From contig JAXMNT010000004.1 in assembly GCA_034670305.1 (NCBI GenBank), positions 192,001-256,000 of the forward strand: a stretch of 64,000 nt of DNA. Direction: 5' to 3'. The translations under genes were made by a program, and so were the position numbers. Under the pieces are notes generated by a model. That model had not been told where the DNA came from, made no database searches, and saw only the letters and a list, made by a program, of their open reading frames with translations. The DNA comes from Deltaproteobacteria bacterium. GTDB taxonomy: Bacteria > Myxococcota_A > Polyangia > Polyangiales > Houyiibacteriaceae. Each line of letters opens with the position of its first letter. The stretch's first letter is position 1. Shown here piece after piece: positions 9,970 through 21,249 of the stretch.

Positions 9970-11951
9970 TGTTCGCCAGACCCGGACTCCACGAGCCCCG
10001 GGTCAAGCGCACACGAACATCCCGCCTGCCACGACGCGTGGTGACCGGCCTTGCGATCGCCCTGCTCGCGGGCTGCGCGAGCAACAGCGGGCTCGAACTC
10101 AGCGTCGACGTGCGCACGGATCTCGTGCCCGGCCGCAACTTCATCGGAGTCCGCGTCGAGCACTTCAACGCCGACCGGTCGCGCACCCTCAACCGCGCAG
10201 ACGCGATCGCGACCCTCAGTCAGGACTACTTCGAAGGCTACCGCGTCGCCGACTTCGAAGATGTGCCCGGCGGACCGCAGCTGTTGCTCGTGTCCCTCAT
10301 CTCGCCCGACGGAGACGTGGTCGCGAGCCGACTCACTTCGCTCGACCTCAACTCCAGCTACGCGGTGACCGTGGTGCTCACCGCGAGTTGCAGCGGCATC
10401 GAATGTCCCGGCGAAGGGGACGACCCAACCTACTCCGCCTGCCACGGCGGCCAATGCGTCGACCCCCGTTGCAGCGTGGAAGAACCCGAGTTCTGCGGAC
10501 CGCAGAACTGCACGACCGACGACGAGTGCAGCTCGCCGGTGCCGTGCGGTGTTCCGATCTGCCGGGTTGGGGTGTGTTTCGTCCGGCTCGACGATTCGGC
10601 GTGTCTGGATGGCGAGGTCTGCGACGTCGAAGGGTGCATTCCGGACCCCGCCGTGGTGATGATGGACGCCGGCATGGACGACGGCGGACCCGACTGCCCC
10701 GCCAGCGAGACGCTCTGTTCCGATGGCCGCGACGACGACTGCGACGGGCTCACCGACTGTGAAGATCCCGACTGCGAATCCGAGTCGTGCGACGACGGCA
10801 ACCTCTGCACGACAGCCGACGCGTGCGGCGACGCGGGCACTTGCGTCGGCACGCCGGTCGTGTGCGACGACGAGAACGCATGCACCGACGACGCATGCGA
10901 TCCCGAGACCGGTGGGTGCGAGAGCGTGAACAACACCGCCAGCTGCGACGACGGACTGTGGTGCAACGGCGCCGACTCGTGCGCGGGCGGGGCTTGCACC
11001 GAACACAGCGACCCGCCCTGCCCGACCTTCTGCAACGAGACCTCGATGGCGTGCGAAGCGTGTCGGGGTCCGGACGACTGCGGCACCGTGACGTTCGGCG
11101 GGTGGGGCTCCTGCGGAGGCTACGCGGACTCGTGCGATGAGACCGGCACCCAGAGCCGGACCGTCACCACGCCCACGTGCACCGCCGGCATGTGCGGGAC
11201 GGTCGTCACCATGGAATCCCAAGGCTGCATGCGGGACACGGACGGAGTCACGTGCGGCTCGACGACCATGGGCGGATGGAGTGGCTGCAGCGGGTACACC
11301 AGCACCTGCGACGAGACGGGCAACCGCACCCGGACCATCACGATGCGCCAGTGCGCGGCGGGAAGCTGCGCGAACATGGACAGTGTCGAAAACGGAAGCT
11401 GCGGTCGCGACACCGACGGGACCTCCTGCGGCACCACGACGTACGGCGCGTGGGGATCCTGCGGCGGGTACAGCAACGCATGCGACGAGACGGGGAGCCG
11501 CAGCCGGACGTGCACCGCGCGCTCGTGTGTGGCCGGCAGCTGCGCCTCGCAGAACACGACGCAGAACGGGAGCTGCGGCCGGACGGTGAACGACGGCACC
11601 GTGTGCGGCGGAAGTGCGTGGCAGGTCTGCTGCGGACCGAGCTGCGTGGACACGAGAAACAACAACGCGGCGTGCGGCTCGTGTGGACAAGCGTGCGCGG
11701 GCGGACTCACCTGTGCCGCGACAGGAAACGGGGGCTACGGGTGCCGCTCCTGCACCGCCAACTCTCAGTGCACGGGCTCCCTGGACTCCGACGCCACGTG
11801 CTGGAACGTGGCCGCCCCGCCTGCGTACTGCCAATGCCAGTGTCCTGGCGCCGGCCATCAGATTTGCGCCGACGCGGGATGCGGTCCCGGCATGTACTGC
11901 CACGATTGCAGCGGCCACAACTGGTGCGCGCCCTTCCCCGGCAGCTGCTGA
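9969..11951 (+). CDS. Cys-rich surface lipoprotein with Dictyostelium-type, thrombospondin-1-like and Stig1-like repeats
   Basis: LAGC lipobox; CDDGNLCT and CDDENACTDDACDP repeats; three 58-aa W-x-x-C..CDETG..RT repeats; CCGPSCVD..NCGSC-like end (NNNAACGSCG). Confidence 0.8.
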   Translation: MFARPGLHEPRVKRTRTSRLPRRVVTGLAIALLAGCASNSGLELSVDVRTDLVPGRNFIGVRVEHFNADRSRTLNRADAIATLSQDYFEGYRVADFEDVPGGPQLLLVSLISPDGDVVASRLTSLDLNSSYAVTVVLTASCSGIECPGEGDDPTYSACHGGQCVDPRCSVEEPEFCGPQNCTTDDECSSPVPCGVPICRVGVCFVRLDDSACLDGEVCDVEGCIPDPAVVMMDAGMDDGGPDCPASETLCSDGRDDDCDGLTDCEDPDCESESCDDGNLCTTADACGDAGTCVGTPVVCDDENACTDDACDPETGGCESVNNTASCDDGLWCNGADSCAGGACTEHSDPPCPTFCNETSMACEACRGPDDCGTVTFGGWGSCGGYADSCDETGTQSRTVTTPTCTAGMCGTVVTMESQGCMRDTDGVTCGSTTMGGWSGCSGYTSTCDETGNRTRTITMRQCAAGSCANMDSVENGSCGRDTDGTSCGTTTYGAWGSCGGYSNACDETGSRSRTCTARSCVAGSCASQNTTQNGSCGRTVNDGTVCGGSAWQVCCGPSCVDTRNNNAACGSCGQACAGGLTCAATGNGGYGCRSCTANSQCTGSLDSDATCWNVAAPPAYCQCQCPGAGHQICADAGCGPGMYCHDCSGHNWCAPFPGSC

Positions 11952-12012
11952 AAAGGTCGGCCCTCCCGGTCTTCTTGCAGCCGGCCGTGGCGTAGTTTGG
12001 TACAACCACACC

Positions 12013-13128
12013 GTGCATCGGGGTGTACGAGATTTGATTCGCTGGGTCAGCGAACACGAGGCCGACGAGGACGTCCAGCTGAACCCGCCGGCGTCCACGG
12101 CGGACATCGCGGACGTCGAGCAGATGCTTGGCGGACCGCTGCCCGCGGACCTGAAGTTGGTCCTCACGCGGTTCAATGGGGGTGCGTTGCCCGCTGGCGA
12201 GCTGCTCCCCGCCGGCCTCGAGCCGGGGACCATCGGTCACACGGTCCGCGAGTACGCCGAAGCCGTGGGCGGTGACTTCCTCGACACCGAGCTCTTGCTG
12301 CCGTTCCACCGCACGCCGGAGGGGAGTTTGCTCGCCTTCGATCGGAGCGCCGGTCCGGTCTCCGACACCTGGCCGATCGTCGACTACTACGAGGACACCG
12401 ACGAGCACCGGCTGATGTACCGGACCTTCGACGGCTGGTGCCGGGTCTGTGTCGCCGAGTGGACCTCCGATGATTTTCATCAGGAGTTCACGCTCGACAC
12501 CTACCTTCGTTCCGGTGCCCGACATGCCGAAGCCGAACCCGACGTGGCCACCGCGCACGCCACAGTGGCCCACGCGCTGCGTCGCGCCGGACGTCCCCTC
12601 GATGCGCTCGAAGCGTACTTGCGGGCTGCTCGGTGTGTACCGGAGCTTCCTTGGACCGATTGGGAGGCACTGAAGCTCGCCGCGATCCTCGACCAACGCG
12701 ACCAGGCGTTCGAAGCGGCCACCCGGCTCTGCAGCTGGGCGCCTGCGGCGCGCTGGGGACAGCGCGAGACCACGCCGGCACGGGTCGCCGAAGTGATCGG
12801 TCCGCTCGCGTTTCGCGGCGGCGACGACGAACGCTGGATGCGTTTGCTCGAGCAGCTGCTGGAACAGTCCGACGAGGAAGACCAGCCCGTGGTCGATGCG
12901 ATCCGCGTCGCGACCGGCGCTGGGGACCCGCCCCCACCGGTTCGGCCCTTCCGAGCGGAGAGCGTCGTGCCGCGCGTGCCAGACCTCGACGCGTGGTGGG
13001 CCGCCGCGGTGGCCGCGTTCTCGGCGGGCACCTTGCGGGACGAGGACCTGCTGCTCGACCCGGAGATGGTGCACCTCGGCCGGGTGCGAAACTTCGCAGA
13101 GCTGCTCCAGATCCGCCGCGACTTCTGA
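12013..13128 (+). CDS. SMI1/KNR4-family protein with helical C-terminal extension
   Basis: LNPPASTADIADVEQMLGGPLPADLKLVLTRFNGG is the SMI1/KNR4 signature; GTG start at 12013 inferred. Confidence 0.75.
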   Translation: MHRGVRDLIRWVSEHEADEDVQLNPPASTADIADVEQMLGGPLPADLKLVLTRFNGGALPAGELLPAGLEPGTIGHTVREYAEAVGGDFLDTELLLPFHRTPEGSLLAFDRSAGPVSDTWPIVDYYEDTDEHRLMYRTFDGWCRVCVAEWTSDDFHQEFTLDTYLRSGARHAEAEPDVATAHATVAHALRRAGRPLDALEAYLRAARCVPELPWTDWEALKLAAILDQRDQAFEAATRLCSWAPAARWGQRETTPARVAEVIGPLAFRGGDDERWMRLLEQLLEQSDEEDQPVVDAIRVATGAGDPPPPVRPFRAESVVPRVPDLDAWWAAAVAAFSAGTLRDEDLLLDPEMVHLGRVRNFAELLQIRRDF

Positions 13129-13150
13129 TCGCGGCGAGCCGCTTCGCGAA

Positions 13151-13223
13151 CCACATGCGGCTCCGGACCCGATGGTCGCTTCGCTCGCGCGGGCCCACTG
13201 GACCCGCGGGCCGTCGCATGTGG
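13151..13223. repeat. REP-like hairpin element, copy A
   Basis: Terminal inverted repeat CCACATGCG/CGCATGTGG; core matches 26169-26247 in opposite orientation. Confidence 0.6.
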
Positions 13224-13338
13224 GCATCGACCGCGACACGGATCACAGCCTCCCGCACGAAGACTTATCGAAGCGCTTGTGGAAGTTGGGCGCCCGCGAA
13301 GTCGCCAACTCCGCTGGAGCATCCTAGGATCGCGCGTG

Positions 13339-15522
13339 ATGCGTTCCGTCCTCTGTGTGTTGATGCTCGTCCTCGCCAGTGTGTTGCCCCGCGTGGGCAG
13401 CGCCCAGAGCGACGCGACCGAGCCGGCGTCCACCCCCAACCGCTTCGAAGCGCACTGGGTGGACGGAGAAGAGTCGGCTGCGTTGGCGGCTTTGCGGCTC
13501 GCCGAAGAAGAGATGTTCCGGCAAGTGGCGCAACCGCTGGTGGCCAGGGCCAGCGTGACGGTCGGCATCCCTCCGAGCGCGACCAGCGCTCCGGCGCACC
13601 GCACCGATCACCCGGCCGCGGTCGGCACCCCGCGCTGGCTCGAAGGACTCACGTTGCCGGATCTCCCGGTGCGGTTTCACGACCGCGTCGTGCGCTACCT
13701 CGAGTACTTCCGGGACTCGCGCCGTGGTCAGTCGTTGATGCGTGCATGGCTGCGGCGTTCGAGCCGGTACGGCGGCATGATCACCCAGACCCTGGAAGCA
13801 CGCGGCTTGCCCCGCGACCTGCGCTGTGTGGCGATGGCCGAAAGCGGATTCGATCCCACCGTCCGGTCCCACCGCGGCGCACTCGGCATGTGGCAGTTCG
13901 TGCCGCGCACGGGACGCGAGTACGACTTGAACTCGAACCGGTGGTTCGACGAGCGCATGGATCCCATCAAGTCGACCGACGCGGCCGCGCGCATGCTCGG
14001 CGACCTGCATCGACGGTTCGGAAGCTGGGAGCTCGCGCTGGCCGCATACAACATGGGCTACGGCGCCCTGCTTCGCGCCATCCGCAAGTACAACACCAAC
14101 GACTACTGGGTGCTCGCGGATCTGGAAGCAGGCCTCCCCTTCGAGACCACCATCTACGTGGCGAAGATCATGGCGTGTTCGGTGGTGATGCGAAACACCG
14201 AGACCTTCGGGTTCGGAGAACTCACCCGCGACCCGCCCCTCGAGGTGGAACCCTTTCATGTGGGCGGCGGCACGACCCTTCGGCAGATCGCGAGCGCCGC
14301 GTCGATGACGGTCGAGGAGATCTCGGCGCTCAACCCGGAGTTGCGCCGCGGGCGCACCCCACCCGGACGCGAAGGTTGGGACGTGCGGGTGCCCGCCGAC
14401 CGATTGGAGGCGTTGAGTGCGCGCTGGGCGCGGCGGCGCGCGCAAGACCATCCGACCCAGCCCTACGTGGTGCGCTTTGGCGAGACGGTGGCGATGATCG
14501 CACACCGGTACCGCACGCGAGAACGGGACCTGGTCGAACTCAACGGCATCCTCGACGACGAGACGATCGGTGCCGGCACCACGCTCCTGGTTCCGGCGGT
14601 CGAACCACGCGAAGAAGAGACGCCCGAAGAGGCGCCAGTGGTCGCGGTGCCGCAGGGTGTCCGCCCGCCCTCCGGCACGGTTCGAGTCATCTACCGCGTC
14701 TCGCGCGGCGACACGCTCTGGGAGATCGCGCGGTTCTTCGACACACGCGTGGCGGCGGTGGCGGAGTGGAACCAACTCGACCCGCACGCGACCTTGCACC
14801 GCGGCATGTACCTGCAGCTCTTCGTCTCGCGCAGCCGCGATCTGAGCCGTGCCATCGTGCTCCAGGAGAACGACGTGCGGCTCGTCACGGTGGGCACCGA
14901 GGCGTTCTTCGACCAACACGAAGAGGCGCAGGGGCGCGTGCGCTTCCGCTACCGCGTGGTGGAAGGCGACACGATCGCGGGCATCGCCCGGCGGTTCGGA
15001 CTGTCCACGGGGAGCGTGGCGCGCATCAACCAGTTCTCGCGGCGGACGACGTTGCAGATCGGACAGGAAGTGATCGTGTACGCGGACGAGGGCCGCGTGC
15101 CGGCGAGGTTCCGCCGGCGGAGTGCGGGGGATGCCGCGGCTGATTCTGATGCCGGCGCTGCTGCTGGGGGGGATGCTGATGCTGCGGCTGATGCTGCGGC
15201 TGCGACTGACGCTGAGGCTGAGGCTGACTCCGAAGCCGATGCCGATGCCGAAGCCGATGCCGATGCCGATGCCGAAGCCGATGCCGATGCCGATGCCGAT
15301 GCCGATGCCGATGCCGATGCCGATGCCGAAGCCGATGCCGACGCCGAAACCGATGCCGATGCCGATGCCGATGCCGATGCCGATGCCGATGCCGATGCCG
15401 ATGCCGATGCCGAGGCCGATGCCGATGCCGATGCCGAAGCCGAAGCCGACGCCCAAAGCGACGCCGATGCCGACGCCGGGTCTGCCGTTGCCGACACGAC
15501 CGTGGTGGAGCCGCGCGAGTGA
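13339..15522 (+). CDS. MltD-like lytic transglycosylase with four LysM domains and an (Ala-Asp)n tail
   Basis: Signal peptide; AESGF, GMWQF, LAAYNMG SLT motifs; LysM motifs such as [13 protein letters not shown] and [13 protein letters not shown]. Confidence 0.88.
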   Translation: MRSVLCVLMLVLASVLPRVGSAQSDATEPASTPNRFEAHWVDGEESAALAALRLAEEEMFRQVAQPLVARASVTVGIPPSATSAPAHRTDHPAAVGTPRWLEGLTLPDLPVRFHDRVVRYLEYFRDSRRGQSLMRAWLRRSSRYGGMITQTLEARGLPRDLRCVAMAESGFDPTVRSHRGALGMWQFVPRTGREYDLNSNRWFDERMDPIKSTDAAARMLGDLHRRFGSWELALAAYNMGYGALLRAIRKYNTNDYWVLADLEAGLPFETTIYVAKIMACSVVMRNTETFGFGELTRDPPLEVEPFHVGGGTTLRQIASAASMTVEEISALNPELRRGRTPPGREGWDVRVPADRLEALSARWARRRAQDHPTQPYVVRFGETVAMIAHRYRTRERDLVELNGILDDETIGAGTTLLVPAVEPREEETPEEAPVVAVPQGVRPPSGTVRVIYRVSRGDTLWEIARFFDTRVAAVAEWNQLDPHATLHRGMYLQLFVSRSRDLSRAIVLQENDVRLVTVGTEAFFDQHEEAQGRVRFRYRVVEGDTIAGIARRFGLSTGSVARINQFSRRTTLQIGQEVIVYADEGRVPARFRRRSAGDAAADSDAGAAAGGDADAAADAAAATDAEAEADSEADADAEADADADAEADADADADADADADADAEADADAETDADADADADADADADADADAEADADADAEAEADAQSDADADAGSAVADTTVVEPRE
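15130..15478. repeat. In-frame hexamer array (GCCGAT)n preceded by a GCTG-rich block
   Basis: Reverse complement of the TCGGCA-then-CAGC arrays elsewhere; encodes ADADAD. Confidence 0.93.
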
Positions 15523-16757
15523 TCTCTCCGGCGGAGGCGCTTCGACGGATTGTTGGGGGGGCCGTGGCGCTCGAGGCGGAGGAGGTTGGGATCTCGGAGG
15601 CGGGGGGGCGGGTGTGTGCGGAGGCGGTGGCGGCGCGGATGGATGCGCCGGCGCTTGATGAGAGTGCGATGGACGGGTTCGCGGTGCGGGCGGGCGAGGT
15701 CATTGCGGCGACCGCCGGGCGGCCCGTCTTCTTGCCGCTTCACGGAGAGTCGCGGGCGGGCGGGCCGATGCCGCCCCCGCTGCCGGTTGGTCACGCGATG
15801 CCCACCTTCACCGGGGCACCCTTGCCCGACGGCGCGGACGCCATCGTGGTGCGTGAAGACACGCAGCGCATCTCGCGCGAAGGACTCGACGCGGTTCAGA
15901 TCCGGTTCGCGGCGCCGCGGCATCACCACGTGCGACGTCGAGCCGCGGACCTGGAGGCGGGTGCAACGATCGTGGAGGCCGGTCGGCGGCTCCATGCGGG
16001 CGCCCTTGGGCTGCTCGCCAGCCAAGGGATCGACCGGCTGGCGGTGCGCCGGGCCGCGCGCGTCCGAATCTTGGCGACCGGCGACGAACTCATTCCGCTG
16101 GGGACCCCGCTGAAGCCTGGCCAGCGCTACGACAGCAACGGCCCGATGTTGTTGGCCTTGTGCGCCGAGGTCGGAGCGTCGGCCTCCGTCGTGCCGACGA
16201 CCGGCGACGACCTGGGCGCGCTCACCGCGGCGGTGGCCGGTGCGATGGCAGAGTCCGAGGTGTTGATCACGACGGGCGGCGTGAGCGTGGGTGACCACGA
16301 CCACACCCGTGCCGCGTTCGAAGCCGCGGGGGCGACGCTCGACTTCTGGAAGATCGCGATCAAACCCGGCAAGCCGCTGGTCTTCGGACGAACCGAGACC
16401 GGCGGGTTCGTGATCGGCCTGCCGGGCAACCCGGTCAGCGCCTTCGCGACCTTCCATGCGTTCGTACGGCCGCTCTTGCGGGCCCTCGAGGGCGACGCGG
16501 CGCCCTACCCGCCGGTCCTGCGGGCCAAACTTGCGGGACCCACCAAACATCGGCCGGGCCGACTCGAACTCGCCCGAGTTCGCGTCAACGGGGGGCGGGC
16601 GGTGCTGCATCCGCATCAGGGATCGGGCGACCTCAGCAGCCTCGGCTGGGCCGACGGGCTCGCGGTGTTGCCCGCCGACGCCGGCGATCTGGTCGCCGGG
16701 ACGAGCGTGGACGTGCTCCGCCTGGACGGTGGTCAGCCCGAGCCCTGGATCCTCTGA
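15519..16757 (+). CDS. moeA: Molybdopterin molybdotransferase MoeA
   Basis: [49 protein letters not shown] overlap with the upstream stop. Confidence 0.95.
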   Translation: MISPAEALRRIVGGAVALEAEEVGISEAGGRVCAEAVAARMDAPALDESAMDGFAVRAGEVIAATAGRPVFLPLHGESRAGGPMPPPLPVGHAMPTFTGAPLPDGADAIVVREDTQRISREGLDAVQIRFAAPRHHHVRRRAADLEAGATIVEAGRRLHAGALGLLASQGIDRLAVRRAARVRILATGDELIPLGTPLKPGQRYDSNGPMLLALCAEVGASASVVPTTGDDLGALTAAVAGAMAESEVLITTGGVSVGDHDHTRAAFEAAGATLDFWKIAIKPGKPLVFGRTETGGFVIGLPGNPVSAFATFHAFVRPLLRALEGDAAPYPPVLRAKLAGPTKHRPGRLELARVRVNGGRAVLHPHQGSGDLSSLGWADGLAVLPADAGDLVAGTSVDVLRLDGGQPEPWIL

Positions 16758-16781
16758 GCGCTTGCGAAGCGAGCCAGGCCA

Positions 16782-16858
16782 CAAGATCGGGTGGCCCGCA
16801 AGATCGGGTGGCCCGCAAGATCGGCCCGCAAGATCGGGTGGCCCGCAAGATCGGGTGG
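16782..16858. repeat. Tandem 17-bp repeat CAAGATCGGGTGGCCCG (five units, two truncated)
   Basis: Direct read; each full unit holds the mini-hairpin CGGG-TGG-CCCG; no spacers. Confidence 0.9.
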
Positions 16859-17083
16859 AAGGGAACGCCCCGTTCGTGCGTTCTTTGTTCGTGCACACTG
16901 GCGTTGTCTCGATGCGACTTGGTTCCGGTCGGTTCTCAGCTATTTTCTCAAGAGAACCAAGGGATTGCCGGATCTGGCGTGTCCAAGGAAGACCTGCGGA
17001 GCGAGGGCACGCATGCCCCCAATCCGTCGTACACTGAACCACCACGGAAACTTTCGTCTCCGTTCCGCGTCCCAACCTCACCC

Positions 17084-19213
17084 ATGTCGCCACGTCCCAC
17101 CCCGCTTCCTCCTTCGTTGACCCGCGCTTTGGCGTCCGTCCGGCGCCGTCTCCGCACCCAGCGGGCCGTCAACGCGGGCGTGGTGTTCCTGATGGCCGGC
17201 CTCGGTCTCGCGGCGGTGGTCCTGACCCTGGCGAAGACCTCGACCATCACCGAAGCCGATTCGGTCCGGTGGCTGTATGTCGCGGGGGCCCTGCCCGTCT
17301 TGGGGATCCTGATCGGTGTGCTCCGGCCCGTCGCGCGCCTGCTTCCGGCCCAGTTGCTCGACCGGAGCCATGGCCTGCGCTCCCGCATCGCCAACGCACT
17401 CGAGCTCTCGAGCGTGGAGGAGCGGACGCCGTTCATGGACGCGGCCATCCAGGACGCGGCGGACAAAGCCGGCGCCGTGACCCCGAAACGTGCGATGCCC
17501 CTCAAGGCGCCCAAGGACCTCGGTCCGGTGTTCGTTCTCGGCGTCGCGGTCGCCGTGCTGGTGATGCTGGAGATCCCGCGCGAGGTGCCCGCGCCCGTCG
17601 TCTCGCAGCTGCAGCCGATGTTGCTGGACGGAGACTCGCTCGACGCGTTCGAGTCCAGCCTCGAGCCGGTGCTGCGCGACCAGGAGACCAGCGAAGACAT
17701 CCGGCGCGCCGCCGACCGGCTGAACCAGATCCTCGAAGACATCGCAGACCGCCGGCTCGACCGCACCGAAGCACTGCGCCGGATCCAGGAGCTCGAGAAC
17801 GAGCTCGTCGAAGGCCGCAATGCGTCCGCCGACGAGATGGAAGCGCAGCTGCGCGAGATGGGGCAGCAACTCGATCGGTCCGCCCTCGCGGAAGCGGCGA
17901 GCGAAGCGCTCCAAGACGCCGACGCGGAGCGGGCCTCCGAAGCGATGTCCGAGCTCGCCAACCAACTCGAGAACGAACCCCCGAGCCGCCAGGAGCTCGA
18001 GCAGCTTCGTCAGGCCATGGACCGCGCGAGCCAGGACCGCACCGAACAGGAGGAGCGGGAGAACGAGCAGGAGCAAGAGCGTCTGCAGAGTCTTCTGCAA
18101 CGCCAGCGCGAGCAGAACAAGACCGAGTCCGAGCGGGAGCGGCGGCTCCTTCAACGCCGACAACGACAGCTCGAGCGGCTGCAGCGCGAGCAGCAGGACA
18201 TGCAGGAGCAGCGGCGTCAGCTCGACCGGCTGCGCCGCGAGATGCAGCAAGCGGCCGAGAACCTGAACCGCGATGCTCAGGACCGAAGCCAAGCCTCCGA
18301 GCAGATGCGACGCGCGGCCGAAGAGCTGAACCGCATGGCCCGCCAGCAGATGAGCGAAGAGCAGCGTCAGCAACTCGAGCGTCAGATGCGGCAGCTGCGC
18401 GAGATGATTCGGCGTCAGCAGCAACAGCAGCAGCAGCAAGGCGGCCAGCAGCAGGGCCAGCAGGGCCAAGGCGGACAGCAGGGGCGCATGCAGCGCTTCG
18501 TGCTCCAAGCCGGTGGCCAAGGCGCGCGGCTCCAGATGCCAGGTCAGCAGGGCCAGGGTCAGCAGGGCCAGGGCCAGCAGGGCCAGGGCCAGCAGGGCCA
18601 GGGCCAGCAGGGCCAGGGTCAGCAGGGCCAAGGTCAGGGTCAGCAGGGCCAAGGTCAGGGTCAGCAGGGACAAGGTCAGGGTCAGCAAGGCCAGGGTCAG
18701 CAAGGCCAAGGCCAGGGACAAGGGCAAGGCCAGGGACAAGGGCAAGGGCAAGGCGGCCAGGGCGGGCAAGCTCAGGGCGGTCAGGGTCAGGGCCAAGGCC
18801 AAGGTCAGGGCGGACAACAGACGCTCACGCTTGGCGGCAACGGCCAAGGCAACGCGGTGCTCGAGATGCCCGGCATGGGCCAGGGTCAGGGCCAAGAAGG
18901 CGAAGGCCAAGGCGGCGGTCAGGGCGGAAGCCAGGCCGGCACCGGACACGATCCGCAGATGCTCGACGACCCGACCCACCTCCGCGGCAGCCGACAGAAC
19001 AGCCGCGTGCAGGGCGACCAATCCGGAGAAGGTCCGTCGCGCAGCGAGGTCATCCTCGGCGCGTCCGACCGTGGCTTCGTCGGCGAGGGGTACCGCGAGG
19101 TGTTCACCGACTACGAAGGCCACGCCGAAGAGGTCCTCGAGCGCGACGAGGTTCCGCCCGGCTACCGGTTCTACGTGCGCCGCTACTTCCAGCTGATTCG
19201 CCCGCGCGAATGA
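17084..19213 (+). CDS. Membrane-anchored coiled-coil protein with Gln/Gly low-complexity region (DUF4175-like)
   Basis: Three N-terminal TM segments, LLDRSHGLRSRIANALEL, long E/Q/R coil, (QGQQG)n, C-terminal VPPGYRFYVRRYFQLI. Confidence 0.7.
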   Translation: MSPRPTPLPPSLTRALASVRRRLRTQRAVNAGVVFLMAGLGLAAVVLTLAKTSTITEADSVRWLYVAGALPVLGILIGVLRPVARLLPAQLLDRSHGLRSRIANALELSSVEERTPFMDAAIQDAADKAGAVTPKRAMPLKAPKDLGPVFVLGVAVAVLVMLEIPREVPAPVVSQLQPMLLDGDSLDAFESSLEPVLRDQETSEDIRRAADRLNQILEDIADRRLDRTEALRRIQELENELVEGRNASADEMEAQLREMGQQLDRSALAEAASEALQDADAERASEAMSELANQLENEPPSRQELEQLRQAMDRASQDRTEQEERENEQEQERLQSLLQRQREQNKTESERERRLLQRRQRQLERLQREQQDMQEQRRQLDRLRREMQQAAENLNRDAQDRSQASEQMRRAAEELNRMARQQMSEEQRQQLERQMRQLREMIRRQQQQQQQQGGQQQGQQGQGGQQGRMQRFVLQAGGQGARLQMPGQQGQGQQGQGQQGQGQQGQGQQGQGQQGQGQGQQGQGQGQQGQGQGQQGQGQQGQGQGQGQGQGQGQGQGGQGGQAQGGQGQGQGQGQGGQQTLTLGGNGQGNAVLEMPGMGQGQGQEGEGQGGGQGGSQAGTGHDPQMLDDPTHLRGSRQNSRVQGDQSGEGPSRSEVILGASDRGFVGEGYREVFTDYEGHAEEVLERDEVPPGYRFYVRRYFQLIRPRE

Positions 19214-19313
19214 ACGGCGCATCTGAAGCGCCTTCGGCACGCATCCATTCCCGTACGACACCCGCCAGCCGCGGGTGCGCACCCCACCCCAACGCACACC
19301 ACCCAGGAACCAG

Positions 19314-20312
<999 letters not shown>

Positions 20313-20313
20313 C

Positions 20314-21249
20314 TTGCTCGACTGGCTGCGCGGCAAGAAGGCCACCGACACGCGCAAAAGGGCGCGCGGTGGAGACGATCTGTTCGACGAGGAGTTTCAG
20401 CGGCGCCTCGAGTACCTGGCGATCGTGTCCCGCAAGATCTACCGCGGGCGCATGCGGGCGGAGCGCCGTTCGAAAAAGACCGGCGCGGGCATCGAGTTCG
20501 CCGACCACCGCGAGTACGCCCCGGGCGACGACTTCCGCTACCTCGACTGGAACGTCTACCAGCGCACCGGCCGGCTCTTGGTCCGGCTCTTCGAAGAAGA
20601 AGAGGACCTCAGCGTCTACGTGATCGTCGACACCTCGCGCTCGATGAGCCTCGGGGACCCTTCGAAACTCGACTACGCCAAACGCATCGCCGCCGCCCTC
20701 GCCTACGTGGCGCTCGCGAACCTCGACCGCGTCTCCGTGTTGAGTTTCGACGAGAAGATGGAGGCCCGGCTCGCGCCGACCCGCGGCAAGAACCGGATCT
20801 TCAAGGTGTTCGACTTCCTCCGGCCGCTGGTCGCCGAGGGCGAGACCAAACTCGAGGATTCGCTCAAGACCTTCGCCGCGCAGAACAAGCGGCGCGGCAT
20901 CGCGATCCTGATCAGTGATCTCTACGACCCGGCGGGCTTCGAAGACGGCATCAACCAGCTGCGCTTCGCGAAGTTCGAGCCCTTCGTGCTGCATCTCTTC
21001 GACCCGGCGGAGGTCGAACCGGCGCTTCATGGCGACGTGCGACTCGTCGACCACGAGACCGGCGAACACCGCGAGGTGACCATCACGCCGCGGGTGCTCA
21101 AGCGCTACAAAGAAGCGCACGAGAAGTACCGCAAGGAGATCGCGACCTTCTGCGGGAAGAAGCAGGTCGCCTACCACCCGCTGCGGACCGACCTGCCCTT
21201 CGACGAGGCGGTGCTCGAAGTCCTGCGCGCCGGCGGACTCGTGCGATGA
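20314..21249 (+). CDS. DUF58-family vWA-like protein
   Basis: EFADHREYAPGDDFRYLDWN, DTSRSM, ISDL; directly after MoxR. Confidence 0.9.
   Translation: MLDWLRGKKATDTRKRARGGDDLFDEEFQRRLEYLAIVSRKIYRGRMRAERRSKKTGAGIEFADHREYAPGDDFRYLDWNVYQRTGRLLVRLFEEEEDLSVYVIVDTSRSMSLGDPSKLDYAKRIAAALAYVALANLDRVSVLSFDEKMEARLAPTRGKNRIFKVFDFLRPLVAEGETKLEDSLKTFAAQNKRRGIAILISDLYDPAGFEDGINQLRFAKFEPFVLHLFDPAEVEPALHGDVRLVDHETGEHREVTITPRVLKRYKEAHEKYRKEIATFCGKKQVAYHPLRTDLPFDEAVLEVLRAGGLVR

Noticed and set aside
9969-13128. Polymorphic toxin-immunity pair
   Set aside because: The lipoprotein ends in Cys-rich repeats with no recognisable toxin domain.
16782-16858. CRISPR array
   Set aside because: Units are contiguous with no unique spacers, and there are no cas genes in the window.
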